Below are positions 10,885 through 22,966 of a DNA stretch of 64,000 nucleotides, piece after piece. Position numbers and translations under genes: made by a program. The stretch comes from Malacoraja senta (taxonomy: Eukaryota), in assembly GCA_038087875.1 (NCBI GenBank), contig CM075990.1:14262001-14326000 (forward strand), written 5' to 3'. The first letter of the stretch is position 1, and the number at the start of each line of letters is the position of its first letter. The notes under the pieces were generated by a model. That model was not told the origin of the DNA. It searched no databases and was given only the letters and a program-made list of their open reading frames with translations.

Positions 10885-11975
10885 AATACATTATTTCTGT
10901 TTGTCAGTTTCCATCATACACAATATCAACAGCATTTGTTTTGTGCCTTCGAATAAATACTGAAATGGCCCAAAGGCACTTTCACAAGCATGTCCAACAC
11001 AGCCGTAAAAATAACAGAAAATGGTAGAGGAAGCAAGGTTAAGGATATGTTTTATGAGGAAGAGAAAGAGGGAGATTTAGAGAAGAAATACCATACCTAG
11101 GGACCCAGATAGCAGAAAGGGCAGGACCAACATTGGAGGATGGGAAAGAATTAAATAATATTTCTGTCCAATGTAAACATCTCTTCCCCTTTGTTGGGAG
11201 GGGGGTGGAAGGAGAGACAGTGGCCTCTCACAAGGGGACACTGTTTGTGTGTTTACAAGGAAACCTTAGGTGGCATTCTACTTTTAGTAGAATAACAGCG
11301 GTTATAAAAGCAGACCATTTACAAGCTACACAGCAAGCCATTCATTAGAAGAAAGGCACGCTAACAATAAAGGGTGTAAACCCTTAATTGCAAACTTAAA
11401 TGAAAGGCTTTAAACCAAAACATTATCTTGCCTTTTCTTCTCAGATGCCAACTGGCCTGTTGACAAATTTATTATTTAATTTGGCAGTTTCTGGTCGACA
11501 ATTGTTCTTTTCCATAAATACATATTTAAGTTTACAGATGTTGGTTGTAGCTACGACCTTCAGCTGAAATGGGATGCCAGGAGCACATGGGCATGAGAGA
11601 GGTAAATCACACGCTACAATCCCCTTGGTAGTCTGCTCACGTCGGCAGGGTTTTTACAGACTTTTCAGCAGAAAGACATTAATCCGCTTCAGCAGTCAAG
11701 GAAGCTTGTGTCAACCGCAGCTGGTTCTACAATTAGCTGCCTCCGTACAGAGCAAGAAATGTGTTTATTTATTACGAATTGCTGTGTATGTGGAAACTTG
11801 GGTCAGTGCAAAATTTTCTAAGTAAGCAACATTTCCTACAACCAGTGTCAGCTGTATGGACTGTCTACCCACCATGGACCCAATTAGATATGATGGGAGC
11901 TGAGGGGTCGGGTATGGGACTTTCCATATCCTTGGACTCAGGGTGGTTTTTAGTTTTGTACCTGAGCTGACCTCC

Positions 11976-12445
11976 AGCCAGCTGTGTCCTAGTGGACAGC
12001 ACTCTTGCTCCAGAGGCAGAAGGTTGCGGGTTCAAGTCCCACTCCAGAAACTTGACTCCTTATCACAACACCAATGGAGCGCTGCACTGTCAGAGGCGCA
12101 AGTGATGATCAAAAGTGCTCTCTGTAAAAGGTCCAGAAGTAGTAACCTACTATCTGTATGAACAACTCCATTTTATTCATGGAGAAAAAAAGAGTAGATA
12201 TTGAAGAGTATGTTAGTGCTGGCTCGAAGGGCCGAACGGCCTACTCCTGCACCTATAGTCTATTATCTGCTGTCTATTGAACTTGGTGATAAATACCAGC
12301 CTGGTCTGTTCCCTACCCTTCTGCAGTGCACTCAGAGGATCAATCAGATCACCATCCTTACTCTAGGATCTTGCTGTCTACAAAATAGCTGCGTTTTTTC
12401 CCCACATTCAAAAGTACTAGCTGTTAAGCTGCTTTGGAAAGTTTT
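11976..12445 (+). mobile_element. Old DeuSINE (SacSINE1-like), interrupted by a CR1 tail
   Basis: Head GAAGGTTGCGGGTTCAAGTCCCACTCCAGA, GCTGCACTGTCAGAGG, and Deu-domain-like GGATCTTGCTGT...AAAATAGCTGC; strongly diverged. Confidence 0.6.
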
Positions 12446-12473
12446 GAATGGGATTTGGAAAACACCTTGGGAT

Positions 12474-12750
12474 GCCACAGTGGTGTAGATGGTGGAACTG
12501 ATGCCACACAGCACGTGGCCCCAGATTTGATCCTGACATCAGGTACTGACTGTGTGGAGTTTGCACATTTTCCTTGTGACCACTTGGGCTTTCTCCGGGT
12601 CACCCCCCAAAAACATGTGGGTTAATTGGCTTCTGTAAATTGCCCCTCGTGTGTCGGGAGAGGATGTGAAAGTGGGATAACATAGAACTAGTGTGAAAGG
12701 GTGATCGATGGACTGAAGGGCCTGTTCCCATGCTGTATCTGTAAACTAAG
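12474..12750 (+). mobile_element. HE1-like V-SINE, diverged
   Basis: GATCCTGAC...GTGTGGAGTTTGCAC...GGTTAATTGGC...GAAGGGCCTGTT. Confidence 0.8.
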
Positions 12751-13013
12751 CTGAATGCAGACTGCCTTTTCCGAGTTGCATTTGTGTCATTTTGGTTTAA
12801 TGCAGCACTTTTCATCTGTTACTTCGGCTGATTGATGTCTAACACTCAACCTTGAACCAAAGCACAAGCTCCTGGGCTTTGACAGGTTGTTATATTGTTG
12901 GAAACATAATGCTTTAAAGGTCTGGCAGTTGTTGAAAGTTGCTGCACACTCAACAGTACGAACCCTAACTGATCACTCACCCTGATTTTGGTAGGATCAT
13001 ACTGTGTCACTGA

Positions 13014-13318
13014 TGGGCCTGTCCCACTTGGCGATTTTTTAGGCAACTGCCGGCGACTGTCATAGTCGTAGCAGGTCGCCGAAAAACCGGCGACAACCTA
13101 CGTCATCCTGGCGACAACCTTCGACAGCAACTACGTCAGGAGAAGTCAAGCTACGCTCATTGGCGTCAAACCCACTGTCGTCAAATAATGTTCTACTTGT
13201 TGATGTTACGACTTTTTGCGCGACTGAGGAGACTACTCCCGGCGACCACCGGCAAACATGTGGCGACAAACTAGTCGCCTGTAGTTGCCTAAAAAATCAC
13301 CTAAGTGGGACAGGCCCA
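13014..13318. mobile_element. PIF/Harbinger-type MITE, second internal type
   Basis: TIRs TGGGCCTGTCCCACTTGGCGATTTTTTAGGCAACT / AGTTGCCTAAAAAATCACCTAAGTGGGACAGGCCCA; flanks TGA and TAA; internal GGCGAC repeats. Confidence 0.85.
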
Positions 13319-13347
13319 TAAAGGTGCCCTGTTCAGACAGAATAATT

Positions 13348-13764
13348 GAAATGCGATTCCTCCTAATAGATAAATTTGACCAATTCATAACGAGTTGGTC
13401 TCCATTTGTCGTCTTTTTGGAAACATATGGTGCAAAACAGGTGTAAAAGCTAATCCGTGACTGCGGATGGTCAAGATTATAAAATATTCTCCTTCTATTT
13501 TCTTTTCTTCTCTTCTCTTCTTTTATTCTCTTTCTTCTATGTTCTATGTCTCAACTTTCTTTTTTCATTCTTTATTTTTCTTTTTCACACACTATATATC
13601 TCACATTTTTCTATTTTTCATTATCTAACTTTTTTCTTTTTCTTCTTTATTTCAAAAAAAAATTTAAATAAGAAGCTGTACATAAAAGGTATTATGAAAA
13701 TATGATTGTATACAATTGTACTTACTTCTAATAAAATAAAAATATTTAAAAAAAGAAAAAAAAA
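13348..13764 (+). mobile_element. L1-clade LINE extreme 3' fragment
   Basis: EMRFLLIDKFDQFITSWSPF matches the ends of the other L1 copies; T-rich 3' UTR, AATAAA and A-rich tail. Confidence 0.75.
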
Positions 13765-14084
13765 GAAATGCAATTAAGGTTTTGTTCATGAGAAATGGAG
13801 GCCTAACTTTATACATGACTTCATTAAATATTGTACCTTGGTTAAACTGAGACACCAATAGTATTGACTTTTTTTTACTGTATCCCAGTACATATGACAC
13901 TAATAAACCAAAAGCAACACAGGTACAACTATTTGGAATATTTCATGTTCTGAAGTATTAACTTACTATTTGTATAAACAACTCAATTTTTATTAATCTA
14001 CATGTCACTGATCAGATCTGCATTTATTGCCCATCCCTAATTACCCTTAAGAAAAGACTAGTTTCTATTCTTTGAATGCAATGC

Positions 14085-14512
14085 TGGATTCCATCACTGG
14101 CTTTGACCTCCCCACCATCGAAGGGATCTATCGAAGTCGCTGCCTCAAAAAGGCAGCCAGCATCATCAAAGACCCACACCATCCTGGCCACACACTCATC
14201 TCACCACTGCCATCGGGAAGAAGGTACAGGAGCCTGAAAACTGGAACATCCAGGTTCAGGAACAGCTTCTTCCCTACAGCCATCAGTCTATTAAACACAA
14301 CAACAAATAAGCTCTGAACTGCGACAGACTATCATTGTTTTGCACTATTATTTTTATTTATTGAGATTGAGTATGCGTGCATGTATGTATACACACACTG
14401 AACTTTTTTTCTTCTCCCGTTACGTACTATGTTTACATATTCTGTTGTGCTGCAGCAAGTAAGAATTTCATTGTCCTATCTGGGACACATGACAATAAAA
14501 CACTCTTGACTC
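14085..14512 (+). mobile_element. Rex1/Babar LINE 3' fragment
   Basis: LPTIEGIYRSRCLKKAASIIKDPHHPGHTLISPLPSGRRYRSLKTGTSRFRNSFFPTAISLLN; tail ATGACAATAAA. Confidence 0.88.
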
Positions 14513-15386
14513 TCAAAGAGCTCAGTGAGTCAGGCAGCGTCTCAGGTGAACATGGCTTTTTGGGTTGGGACCTTTCTTTAGACTGATCCTGACCTGAAAC
14601 TTCACCTCTCCATGTTCTCCTGAGATGCTGCCTGACCCACTGAGCTACTCCAACACTCTGTGTCTACTCTTGTAAACCAGCATCTGCAGTTCTACCCTTA
14701 AGAAAATGCTGGTGAGCTGCTTTCTAAAAAACACTCCACTTTTTCTGGTGAAGGTACTCTTGCTTTGCTGTTGGCTAGGGGGCTCCAGATTTAGACCCTA
14801 ACATGATGAAGGTTGCATGATAAATTTCCAAGACAGGATGGCAGAAGACTTTGAAGGCAAGCTGCAGGTGATGGTATTCTCCTCTACCTGCTGCTCACAT
14901 CTTTCTTGGTGGCACAGGTCACAGCTTTGAGATGTGATGTTGGAATAACTGAGGCAAGCTACTGGGCTATGTTCTGTGGATGGTGCGATCTGCATTCTCT
15001 GTGACCCATTGGTAGGATGAAAGGACTTTGGGGTGTTTGGAAAGGGATTTGGAAAATACCTTGGGGTGGACAAAAATACTACTTTGTCCTGGATGGTGTC
15101 AGGCTTTTCGAATGTTGTTGGATAAATGCACTAGTGGGGAAACCGCAAGAGGCATTGTTAATATAACACTAATTCCCCAGCCCACAATGCCTAGTTGCCG
15201 GAATCCAAGCTCAGAGCCAAACTCTGGAACAAAAAGTGGGTACCTGTAATGGTTCACCACGATGTTAAGGGAAGTATTGCCTACCTTACGTTTAAGTTCA
15301 TTATTGTGACCGCCGGCATCAACCTTCATCATGTTAGGGTCTCCAGCACTGTAAGGCAGCAACTCTACTGCTGCACCACTGTGCCG

Positions 15387-15892
15387 GCACCAACATCGCG
15401 GAGCTGCGGTCAGCGGAGCTTCCAGCCGCGGACAGCGCTGAACTTTAAACAACGCGGAGCCTGGGATCTGACGACGAGGTCGCCAAAGTCGGAGCATCGA
15501 CCAGCGAGGCTCGTGGACTTCGGGAGCCATGGTCGCCTGGGAGGAAGCGGCCGCTCCAGACACTCCGGGCCGCTGAGAGTGTTCACCCGACGCCAGAGCT
15601 CCATCATCCGGCGAGAGGACCTGAAGCATCGTGCTGCCGTAGCGGCGACTGCAGAGGCCTCAATAGGCCCCGACTATGGGTGAACTGGGGATGGGACTGG
15701 ACTTTGCTGCCTTCCCCCACAGTGGGAACCATTGTGGGGGGATGTTTTTATGTTTATTGTTAAATTCTGTTAAATTCTTTAATGTTGTGTATTATCTTTA
15801 TTCATGTGCTGCATTGGCAAGTCGAATTTCACTACACTAATTGGTGTATGTGACAATAAATGTCCTTTGTCCTTTGTCCTTTGTCCTTTGTC
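15387..15892 (+). mobile_element. Non-autonomous retroposon with a GC-rich body and Rex1-type tail
   Basis: GC-rich non-coding body, then AATTTCACT...TGTGACAATAAA and a (TGTCCTT)n tail; abuts a V-SINE head fragment. Confidence 0.55.
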
Positions 15893-15944
15893 CATTAATA
15901 CAATCAGGTCAAACTCAAGGACAATAAGTAGAGTGAGGGAAAAT

Positions 15945-16165
15945 GTTCAAGAAGGAACTGCAGATGCTGGAAAATCGAAGGTAGACAAAAGTGCTGGAGA
16001 AACTCAGCGGGTGCAGCAGCATCTATGGAGCGAAGGAAACAGGCAACGTTTCAGGCCGAAACCCTTCTTCAGACTGATGTAGGGTGGAGGGGGCGGAAGA
16101 GGAGGAGCCAGATGGCTGAGGTAGCTGAGAAGGGGAAGAGACAGCAAGGGCTACTGGAAATTTAA
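15945..16165 (-). mobile_element. Penelope terminal-repeat fragment with hammerhead-like core
   Basis: AACGTTTCAGGCCGAAACCCTTCTTCAGACTGATG followed by a purine-rich spacer, as in the reverse complement of 4890-5037. Confidence 0.75.
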
Positions 16166-17389
16166 TAGTTCTCAGCCTTATAGTGCAAGAGTTCCAGAGG
16201 TAAAGCCCAATATCTTCAATGAGTTTATTGCCTTCCATCACAGTGAGAAACGTGGAGTGGTGGATGTTTATGTTAAACTCTATTGTGTATTGTGTTCTTT
16301 TTATTTGTATGGCTGTATGGTAACTCAAATTTCACTGCACCAATCGGTGCATGTGACAATTAATGTGAACTTGAACTTGAACTTGATGAGTTAGAGGAAA
16401 CTCAGACAGTACCCTAGCTTACGGCAGTACTGTTCAAAAGCCGTTCCTGAGTCTGGTGGTGTGAGCTATCCTGGATATGTATCTTCAGCCAGTAACTCAA
16501 GTTCCACAAGTTAAAGTCATGTAGCACAGAAACAGGCCCCTCAGCCCAACTTGCCCATGGTGACCAAAATGCCCCATTTACTGTAGTCCCCTCCTGCCTG
16601 TGTTTGGCCCATATCCCACTAAACCTTTCCTATCTGTGTACATGTCCAAGTTGGTTGATTTTTAAACTGCCCTCTGAAGGCCTAGCAAGCCATTTATTTT
16701 AAGAGGTGGCAATCAATTTTAGGCACACCCACAGACTACTTAATGCTGCTTTCACTTCCCGCTGTCAAGTGTGAGGCAGAACCGTGTCCTGTTAACCAGC
16801 TTAGTCCTCGGAGTCATTTTCTCCTGGGTTCTTCTATTGTGCTCTACTTGCTTACAGACCATTTATTTATTTTTTTACATATTAATAGCTCCATTAAAGT
16901 GGAGCACAGTGGATTTTGTATCAAAACGTTAGGCTATAGGAACATCATCAAGCACTTAGTGTTCAGCAAGTGACATTGATGGAGACAGCGATTTAGTACA
17001 AAACAAGAAGGATTGACAGGGTCAATGTGAGAGACCATATCCTCTTAAGTAAAGGATCTACAACTGGGAGCAAAAATGGGATAAGAGACTATGCATTTAG
17101 TATGGGGATGAGAATGTTTCTTTATTGCGATGGTCAGGACCATTTTTCCAGTGCGGAAATATTGAAGATGAAAGGGCTATGAATGCACAGTCATAAAGAC
17201 TTAAGGTCATAAAGACTGTGTTTGAGAAATGTTTGGGTGGTGAGTGAATCATGGGTTAAGGGAGCCTGGAGTTAAGACATAGCATCAGCGAGACTGATCT
17301 TAATGAAAAGAACAGCTGGATCGAGAGTCCATATGGTTCACTTGTGCTCCTACTTCTTAGAGACAGGATCTCAGAGTTCTGCACACTTA

Positions 17390-17918
17390 AGGTCCTGTCC
17401 CACTTGGCCATTATTTGTGCGCCATTTACGCGACCTGGTAGCGTGTGGGTAGCGTGTGGGTAACGTGTTGGTAGTGCGGGACGGGCGCATGGATTGGCGT
17501 GGAGTGGGCGGTATCGCGCAGCGCGCCAGGATTTCGTTCCGCACAAAATCTTCGCACGCCACCGGCCTGTCGTGTAAATGACGGCCAAGTGGGACACCCT
17601 GGCGCGGCGCAACGTCTCACCTCCAACAGCAGCAGAAGCAGGCAGGCGATCGCCGAGCCCGGCCTGGGGCTCACTGCCGTTGCGGATCCGGATCTGCCCC
17701 CACTCCTACTCCCAGAGCGGGGCCAAGACGATTGGAGATAGACACAAAATGCAGGAGTAACTCAGCGGGACCGGCAGCATCTCTGGAGAGAAGCAATGGG
17801 TGACGTTTCGGGTCGAGACCGTTCTTCAAATGACGTCACGCGCTCCAGACGGCTGTGCGGACGCATGATAGTCACTACCGGCCTGTCGCGTAAATGACGG
17901 CCAAGTGGGACAGACCCT
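17390..17918. mobile_element. Composite Harbinger-type MITE with an internal duplicated terminus and a captured repeat
   Basis: Ends AGGTCCTGTCCCACTTGGCC / GGCCAAGTGGGACAGACCCT with flanks TTA and TGA. A second right end lies at ~17560-17600 and a hammerhead-core repeat at ~17736-17828. Confidence 0.78.
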
Positions 17919-18439
17919 TGAGGAATCAAGGAATATGGAGATGGCAGGAATGTAGGCTTGACGAAACATGCTCTTGACTTCAGAGCAATCTTCGGGGAGA
18001 GATTATACAACTGACTTCCCGTCCTATTTCTGATGTCCTTGCAATCGCATAAACACTGAAGACACGAATAGCTTTGACTCGTAGGTCGCTGGATGAATGT
18101 TCACAAGAAGACTTCCCCACTCCTGTGGGAGTTTAATCTCGCACTGGAATGAGGACACGAGGCCAAGAGCGGGCGATGTAAAAAAGGAAGTTCTGCAAAG
18201 ATACAGCATTTGCAACACCGCGACCTTATCATCTCCTGTCATTTCCCACCTGAGCACTGATTCAACAGCTCTGCACCTTCGAGGACAAGCTGGAGGAGAA
18301 TTAAAGACCTGCTCAGGTGGAAAATAAACACCAACCTGAATCTGGCCCAACTATGGCCAATCAGAACCTCAACCAACCCTGATGGCAGAATAGAGTGATG
18401 GAGCCTGGAAACAGACATGAATCCTATCTTTAATTCCCC

Positions 18440-18642
18440 CCACTGTCCTATACACCCAGGGCAACATACAGCAGCCAATGAACCTACTGCACGTCTTTGG
18501 GATGTGAGACAAAACTGGAGCACTTGGAGGAAATTCAAACAGTCACAGGGAGAACATGCAAACTCCACACAGTTACTCAAACTTAGGATTGAACAATTGA
18601 TAGTGAGGAAGTGGCTCTACTAGCTGCACCACTGTGCTGCCC
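18440..18642 (-). mobile_element. HE1-like V-SINE, diverged
   Basis: GCACGTCTTTGGGATGTG...CACAGGGAGAACATGCAAACTCCACACAG...GCACCACTGTGCTGCCC. Confidence 0.75.
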
Positions 18643-19081
18643 TGTGCTTCACATAGTTTTGCTGCATGAACTGAGATTTATTGGACTCAACTACAGAGTA
18701 TAGTCCCCGGGTTTGGTTCCGTTCCTGTGAACCGTTTGATTCTAACACAGCTGAGTTCTGTGGACAACTTGATTACATTCTCCATTAGAGTGGGAACTGG
18801 GAATGCTCCGCCCTGACAGATAATATGTGAAAATAATAACATTTAAGCACACGGAAATAACAGGGAAACCGACAACAGGCTGGTGGTATCTGTCAACTGT
18901 TAATGGAGCTCAATAGAATAAAAATCCTCCCTTGGTTTTTAAGTAAATAGATGGCCTTTTCAATTCTTCTGCCCATGTCAATGAATTGCTACAAAACAGG
19001 GCCCAGATGTTCTCCCTTGTAGTCTGTAATTCACTCTATTACCATGATAATGAGTGTGAAAGCAGTAGGAGCGAAAAGAGA

Positions 19082-19458
19082 GAGTTGCATTTCAGTAGCG
19101 TACTTCACTCCCTGTCAGAGTGCTTTGAACTGCAATGTCAGGAATACAACACACAATCTGTGCACAGAAGGATCCCACCAACAGCAGTGAGATAATCATC
19201 CGATAATCTGTTATTTTAGCGATTTCAGCGGATGGATAAATATTGCCTGGGGATCATCAGCAAAGTCGTACTATCAGATCATTTGCAATCTTCTGGGAAT
19301 GAGGTCAGGATGTCAGTTCAGTGTCTCAGCTGATTGATGACAGTGCAGCACTCCTGCATGGAAGCACGGACCTTGGCTTTTGGTCCCTGAGGTGGGACTT
19401 GAACCCAAGGTTATGGGACTCCAGAGGGAAGAACATGTCCCTCTGAGCTACAGCTGGC
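19082..19458 (-). mobile_element. Old DeuSINE (SacSINE1-like)
   Basis: GTGCACAGAAGGATCCCACCAACAGCA, GATAATCTG, GGATAAATATTG, GACAGTGCAGCACTCC and GTGGGACTTGAACCCA occur in the recalled Deu-domain and head order. Confidence 0.7.
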
Positions 19459-19798
19459 TACCAGTCAAGCCTCCACCATCCCCACTGCCCAGCCTCACCG
19501 AAGCTTAAATACAATGATAAATACTAAAAATAAACAATATGTGTTCGGGAAAATAATTTGTATTTACAGAGGGTTTTCCTGATCTCAACATCTCCCAAAG
19601 TGTTTTGCCACTGATATATTACACGCTACATAGAATAGTACAGCACAGGAACAGTCGCTTTGACTTACAATGTTCGTGTCGAACAGCTAAAAAGAAACAA
19701 AATGTGTTTTGGGAAAATAATTTGAACTTACAGAGGGTTTTCCTGACCTCCCAAAGTGCTTTACCATGGAAATATTATACAGGACATAAAACAGTACA

Positions 19799-20016
19799 GA
19801 AGATAGACACAAAATGCTGGAGTAACTCAGCGGGACAGGCAGCATCTCTGGAGAGAAGGAATGGGTGACGTTTCGGTCAAGACCAGTCTGAAGAAGGGTC
19901 TCGACCCGAAACGTCACCCATTCCTTCTCTCCAGAGATGCTGCCTATCCTGCTGAATTACTCCAGCATTTTGTGTCTATCTTCGGTTTAAACCAGCATCT
20001 GCAGTTCTTTCCTACA
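19799..20016. mobile_element. Inverted pair of hammerhead-core short repeats; intact core at 19888-19915
   Basis: Near-perfect arms of ~75-80 bp (19799-19876 versus 19906-19983); core CTGAAGA-A-GGGT CTCG ACCC-GAAA-CGTC. Confidence 0.88.
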
Positions 20017-20382
20017 CCTTAAATAAAGTAATCTTGAAATAAAGTAATCCTCAGCAAATCAAAGGTATTTAGCATTTGGTTTAGTGCCCGTCTCCAATAA
20101 TGGAACATGGTTATAAAGTTGCAGGAGTATGCCATCCAGCAGAGAGACTTTTCTTCCTCCATAACTTTGGACAGGCACACTGAAGTCTGCAATAGAAATC
20201 AATGCTGGCTTCTTCTCCTGTTAATGAAGGTGTGTATTGGGACATACAGTGAAGAGAATCACTACTGTTCACTGTTAATTGCTGGTGTGGTGGACAGGGA
20301 TTTGCTGTAAGCATTATTACTGCTCTATGCCTTTCGCGTACAGTCAGTAAGAGCACATTATACTGTAAATCTGTGGAATTAT

Positions 20383-20596
20383 GTCTGTGGAATTCTCTGC
20401 CTCAGAGGGCAGTGGAGGCAGGTTCTCTGGATGCTTTCAAGAGAGAGCTAGATAGGGCTCTTAAAGATAGCGGAGTCAGGGGATATGGGGAGAAGGCAGG
20501 AACGGGGTACTGATTGGGGATGATCAGCCATGATCACATTGAATGGCGGTGCTGGATCGAAGGGCCGAATGGCCTAGTCATGCACCTATTGTCTAT
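20383..20596 (+). mobile_element. CR1 LINE 3' tail fragment
   Basis: CTGTGGAATTCTCTGCCTCAGAGGGCAGTGGAGGC...GATCAGCCATGATC...GAAGGGCCGAATGGCCT. Confidence 0.85.
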
Positions 20597-21032
20597 AAAT
20601 CGATAGTCAACACAAGTCTGGAAGAGAGTACATCACAACACCTTCATCTACTCCAGACAGACTATTATCTGACTAAGGATTCACTGGCAGATTATTATGG
20701 TTCCGGTTTTGAACACATTATGTGATTTTAACACAAACTTGCGGTGTTTCGAAATCAATCAGCAAACAAATTGTGAACAAGATGACAAATACTTACTCAG
20801 CTGCCTATCTTGCATTCTGATCAGGATTTAGATGCCTGAGCTCTGGAACTCCCAGTCTCAACCTTCCTGCTCCCCTGGGATTCTCACTGAAGCCGACCTC
20901 TTTCTCCAAACATTTGTTCACCTGTTCTGTTCTCTCTTCTTCGAGTTGATGTTAATCTTTCTCACATTTCACTCCTGTGAGCTTTGTGCTGGTACATCGT
21001 GAATTAAAGTCATTGTGTCCTTCCACACAATA

Positions 21033-21350
21033 GTTCAGTTTAGAGGCAGCACAGAAACGGGCCCTTCAGCCACTGAGTTTGCACCAATCATCGATCACCC
21101 GTTCACCCTGGGTCTATGTTATCCCACTTTCTCATCCACTCCCTACACATAAGGGGCAATTTACAGAGACCAACAAACTTACAAACCCACACATCTCTGG
21201 GATGTGGGAGGAAACCAGAGCACCCGGAAGAAACCCACGTAGTCACAGGGAGAACGTGTAAACTCCACAGAGACAGTATCCGAGGTCAGGATCAAACCTG
21301 GGTCTCGGGCGCTGTGAGGCAGCAGCACTACCAGCCGTACCACTGTGACA
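21033..21350 (-). mobile_element. HE1-like V-SINE
   Basis: Same head, V-domain and tail as 10014-10338. Confidence 0.85.
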
Positions 21351-22648
21351 CCCATTAATCTGGCAGGCTCACGTTGAGAAGACACTGCCCGATTGCACAT
21401 TGCAGTGTTTGCAGCTCAGAGGGTAGGCCATTCAGCCCATCTGGTCCCTGCCTGTGTTTATGCTCTATATTAGCCTCCACCTACTGCCCTGATATTTCCC
21501 CTTATTCCTTTCTCCCTCAATTACTTATTCAGTCTCCCTTTAAAGACTTCTGCGATGCTTGGTTCAGCCACGCCCTGTGGCAAGGGGTGGTTCTACATTC
21601 CCATTACTGTCTGCTCTCCCACCCCACTCCAAATGCAAACAATAGTTCTCTTCCATCCTGCTTTGCTATCATGAGAGAATAACAGTATTGTGCAGCATCA
21701 AAGACCATTTGGACCTTCATGCCTATTCCAGCTTTTGGAAAGAGGTAGCCAATCAAATCAACTCCTCCCACACAGAAAGGCAAAAGGGGCATTTGGTTGA
21801 GGTTTAAGTTTCTTATTGCCATGTGTATCAAAGTACAGTATTTTGTTTGCATGTAATCCAATCAGATCAGATAATACTATGCATAAACACAGTCAAGTCA
21901 AATTCAAGTAAAATAGATCGAGCAAAGGGGAAGGTGCAGAGTGTAGAATATATTGAATATATTGAATCATCAAAAGGTGTTTTAAGTTTATTAAATTAAA
22001 GTTTTGAGGCCACTGTTGACTGAAGAAGCCATGCTGAAGCAGACAAGATGTGTAAGAAGGAACTGCAGATGCTGGTTTACACCGAAGATAGACACAAATT
22101 GCTGGAGTAACTCAGCATGTTTGGAGAAAAGGAATAGGTGATGTTTCGGGTCGAGACCCTTCTTCATACTCATGGTGGAGTAGTGCTGGACCTCGTGATA
22201 CAACCGGCCAGGATATGACTATCCAATCTATTACTAAAGAGCTAGATCTCAGTCCATCACCATCAAGGAACTCTGGAATCCAGAGTTCCTTCACTTAATG
22301 ACATACAAATAGTGGCTAGAGGAGGCCATTCAGTTCCTGATGCCTGTTCCACCATTCATGGCGAAACATTTACCTTGATCTATTTATCATGTATTTGACA
22401 TTTGCCTATATGAAATGTGGAATTCTTCAACGGAACCTTCTAAACCCATGACCTGTACCGCCTGGAAGGACAGGAGGAGCAGGTGATTGGGAATTGCACC
22501 CCATTCCAGTTTCTTTCCAAGTCCCCAGCTTATTCTTACAGAAATATGGCGCTGGTCCTTCAGCACTGCGCAGTGGGAGTACCTCTGCCACACTAGAAGT
22601 ACTCACCACCCCTTCACAATTAGGCATGGGCAATGAATACCAGTCTTA

Positions 22649-22966
22649 AACCCCTGTCCCACGGTACGAGTTCATTCCAAGAGCTCTCCCGAGTTTGCCC
22701 TGATTCGAACTCGGAGATTTACGGTAATGGCCACTCGTCGGTACTCGGGGCTCTCGTGGACATTTTTCATCATGTTGAAAAATCTTCACGAGTCTTCCCG
22801 TGCTTACGTGCCGTTAGCGAGTCTTCCCGAGTGCCTGCCGTTAGCGCTAAGAGACGTCCCCGAGCTCCGACGTACCCGCTACTCATTCTCTGTGCTTACC
22901 ACGAGTTTGATTTTTTTTAAACTCGGGAGAGCTCTTGGAATGAACTCGCACCGTGGGACAGGGCTA
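22649..22966. mobile_element. PIF/Harbinger-type MITE, same family as 8479-8794
   Basis: TIRs CCCTGTCCCACGGTACGAGTTCATTCCAAGAGCTCTCCCGAGTTT and its complement; TTA on both flanks; body collinear with 8479-8794. Confidence 0.88.

Noticed and set aside
11538..11601. + strand exon-like segment (tttacag ... gtaaat)
   Set aside because: It is short, the frames I checked contain stops, and it has no partner exons.
19534..19780. Diverged ~85-bp local duplication
   Set aside because: It is a small tandem duplication resembling a SINE tail, with no sign of function.
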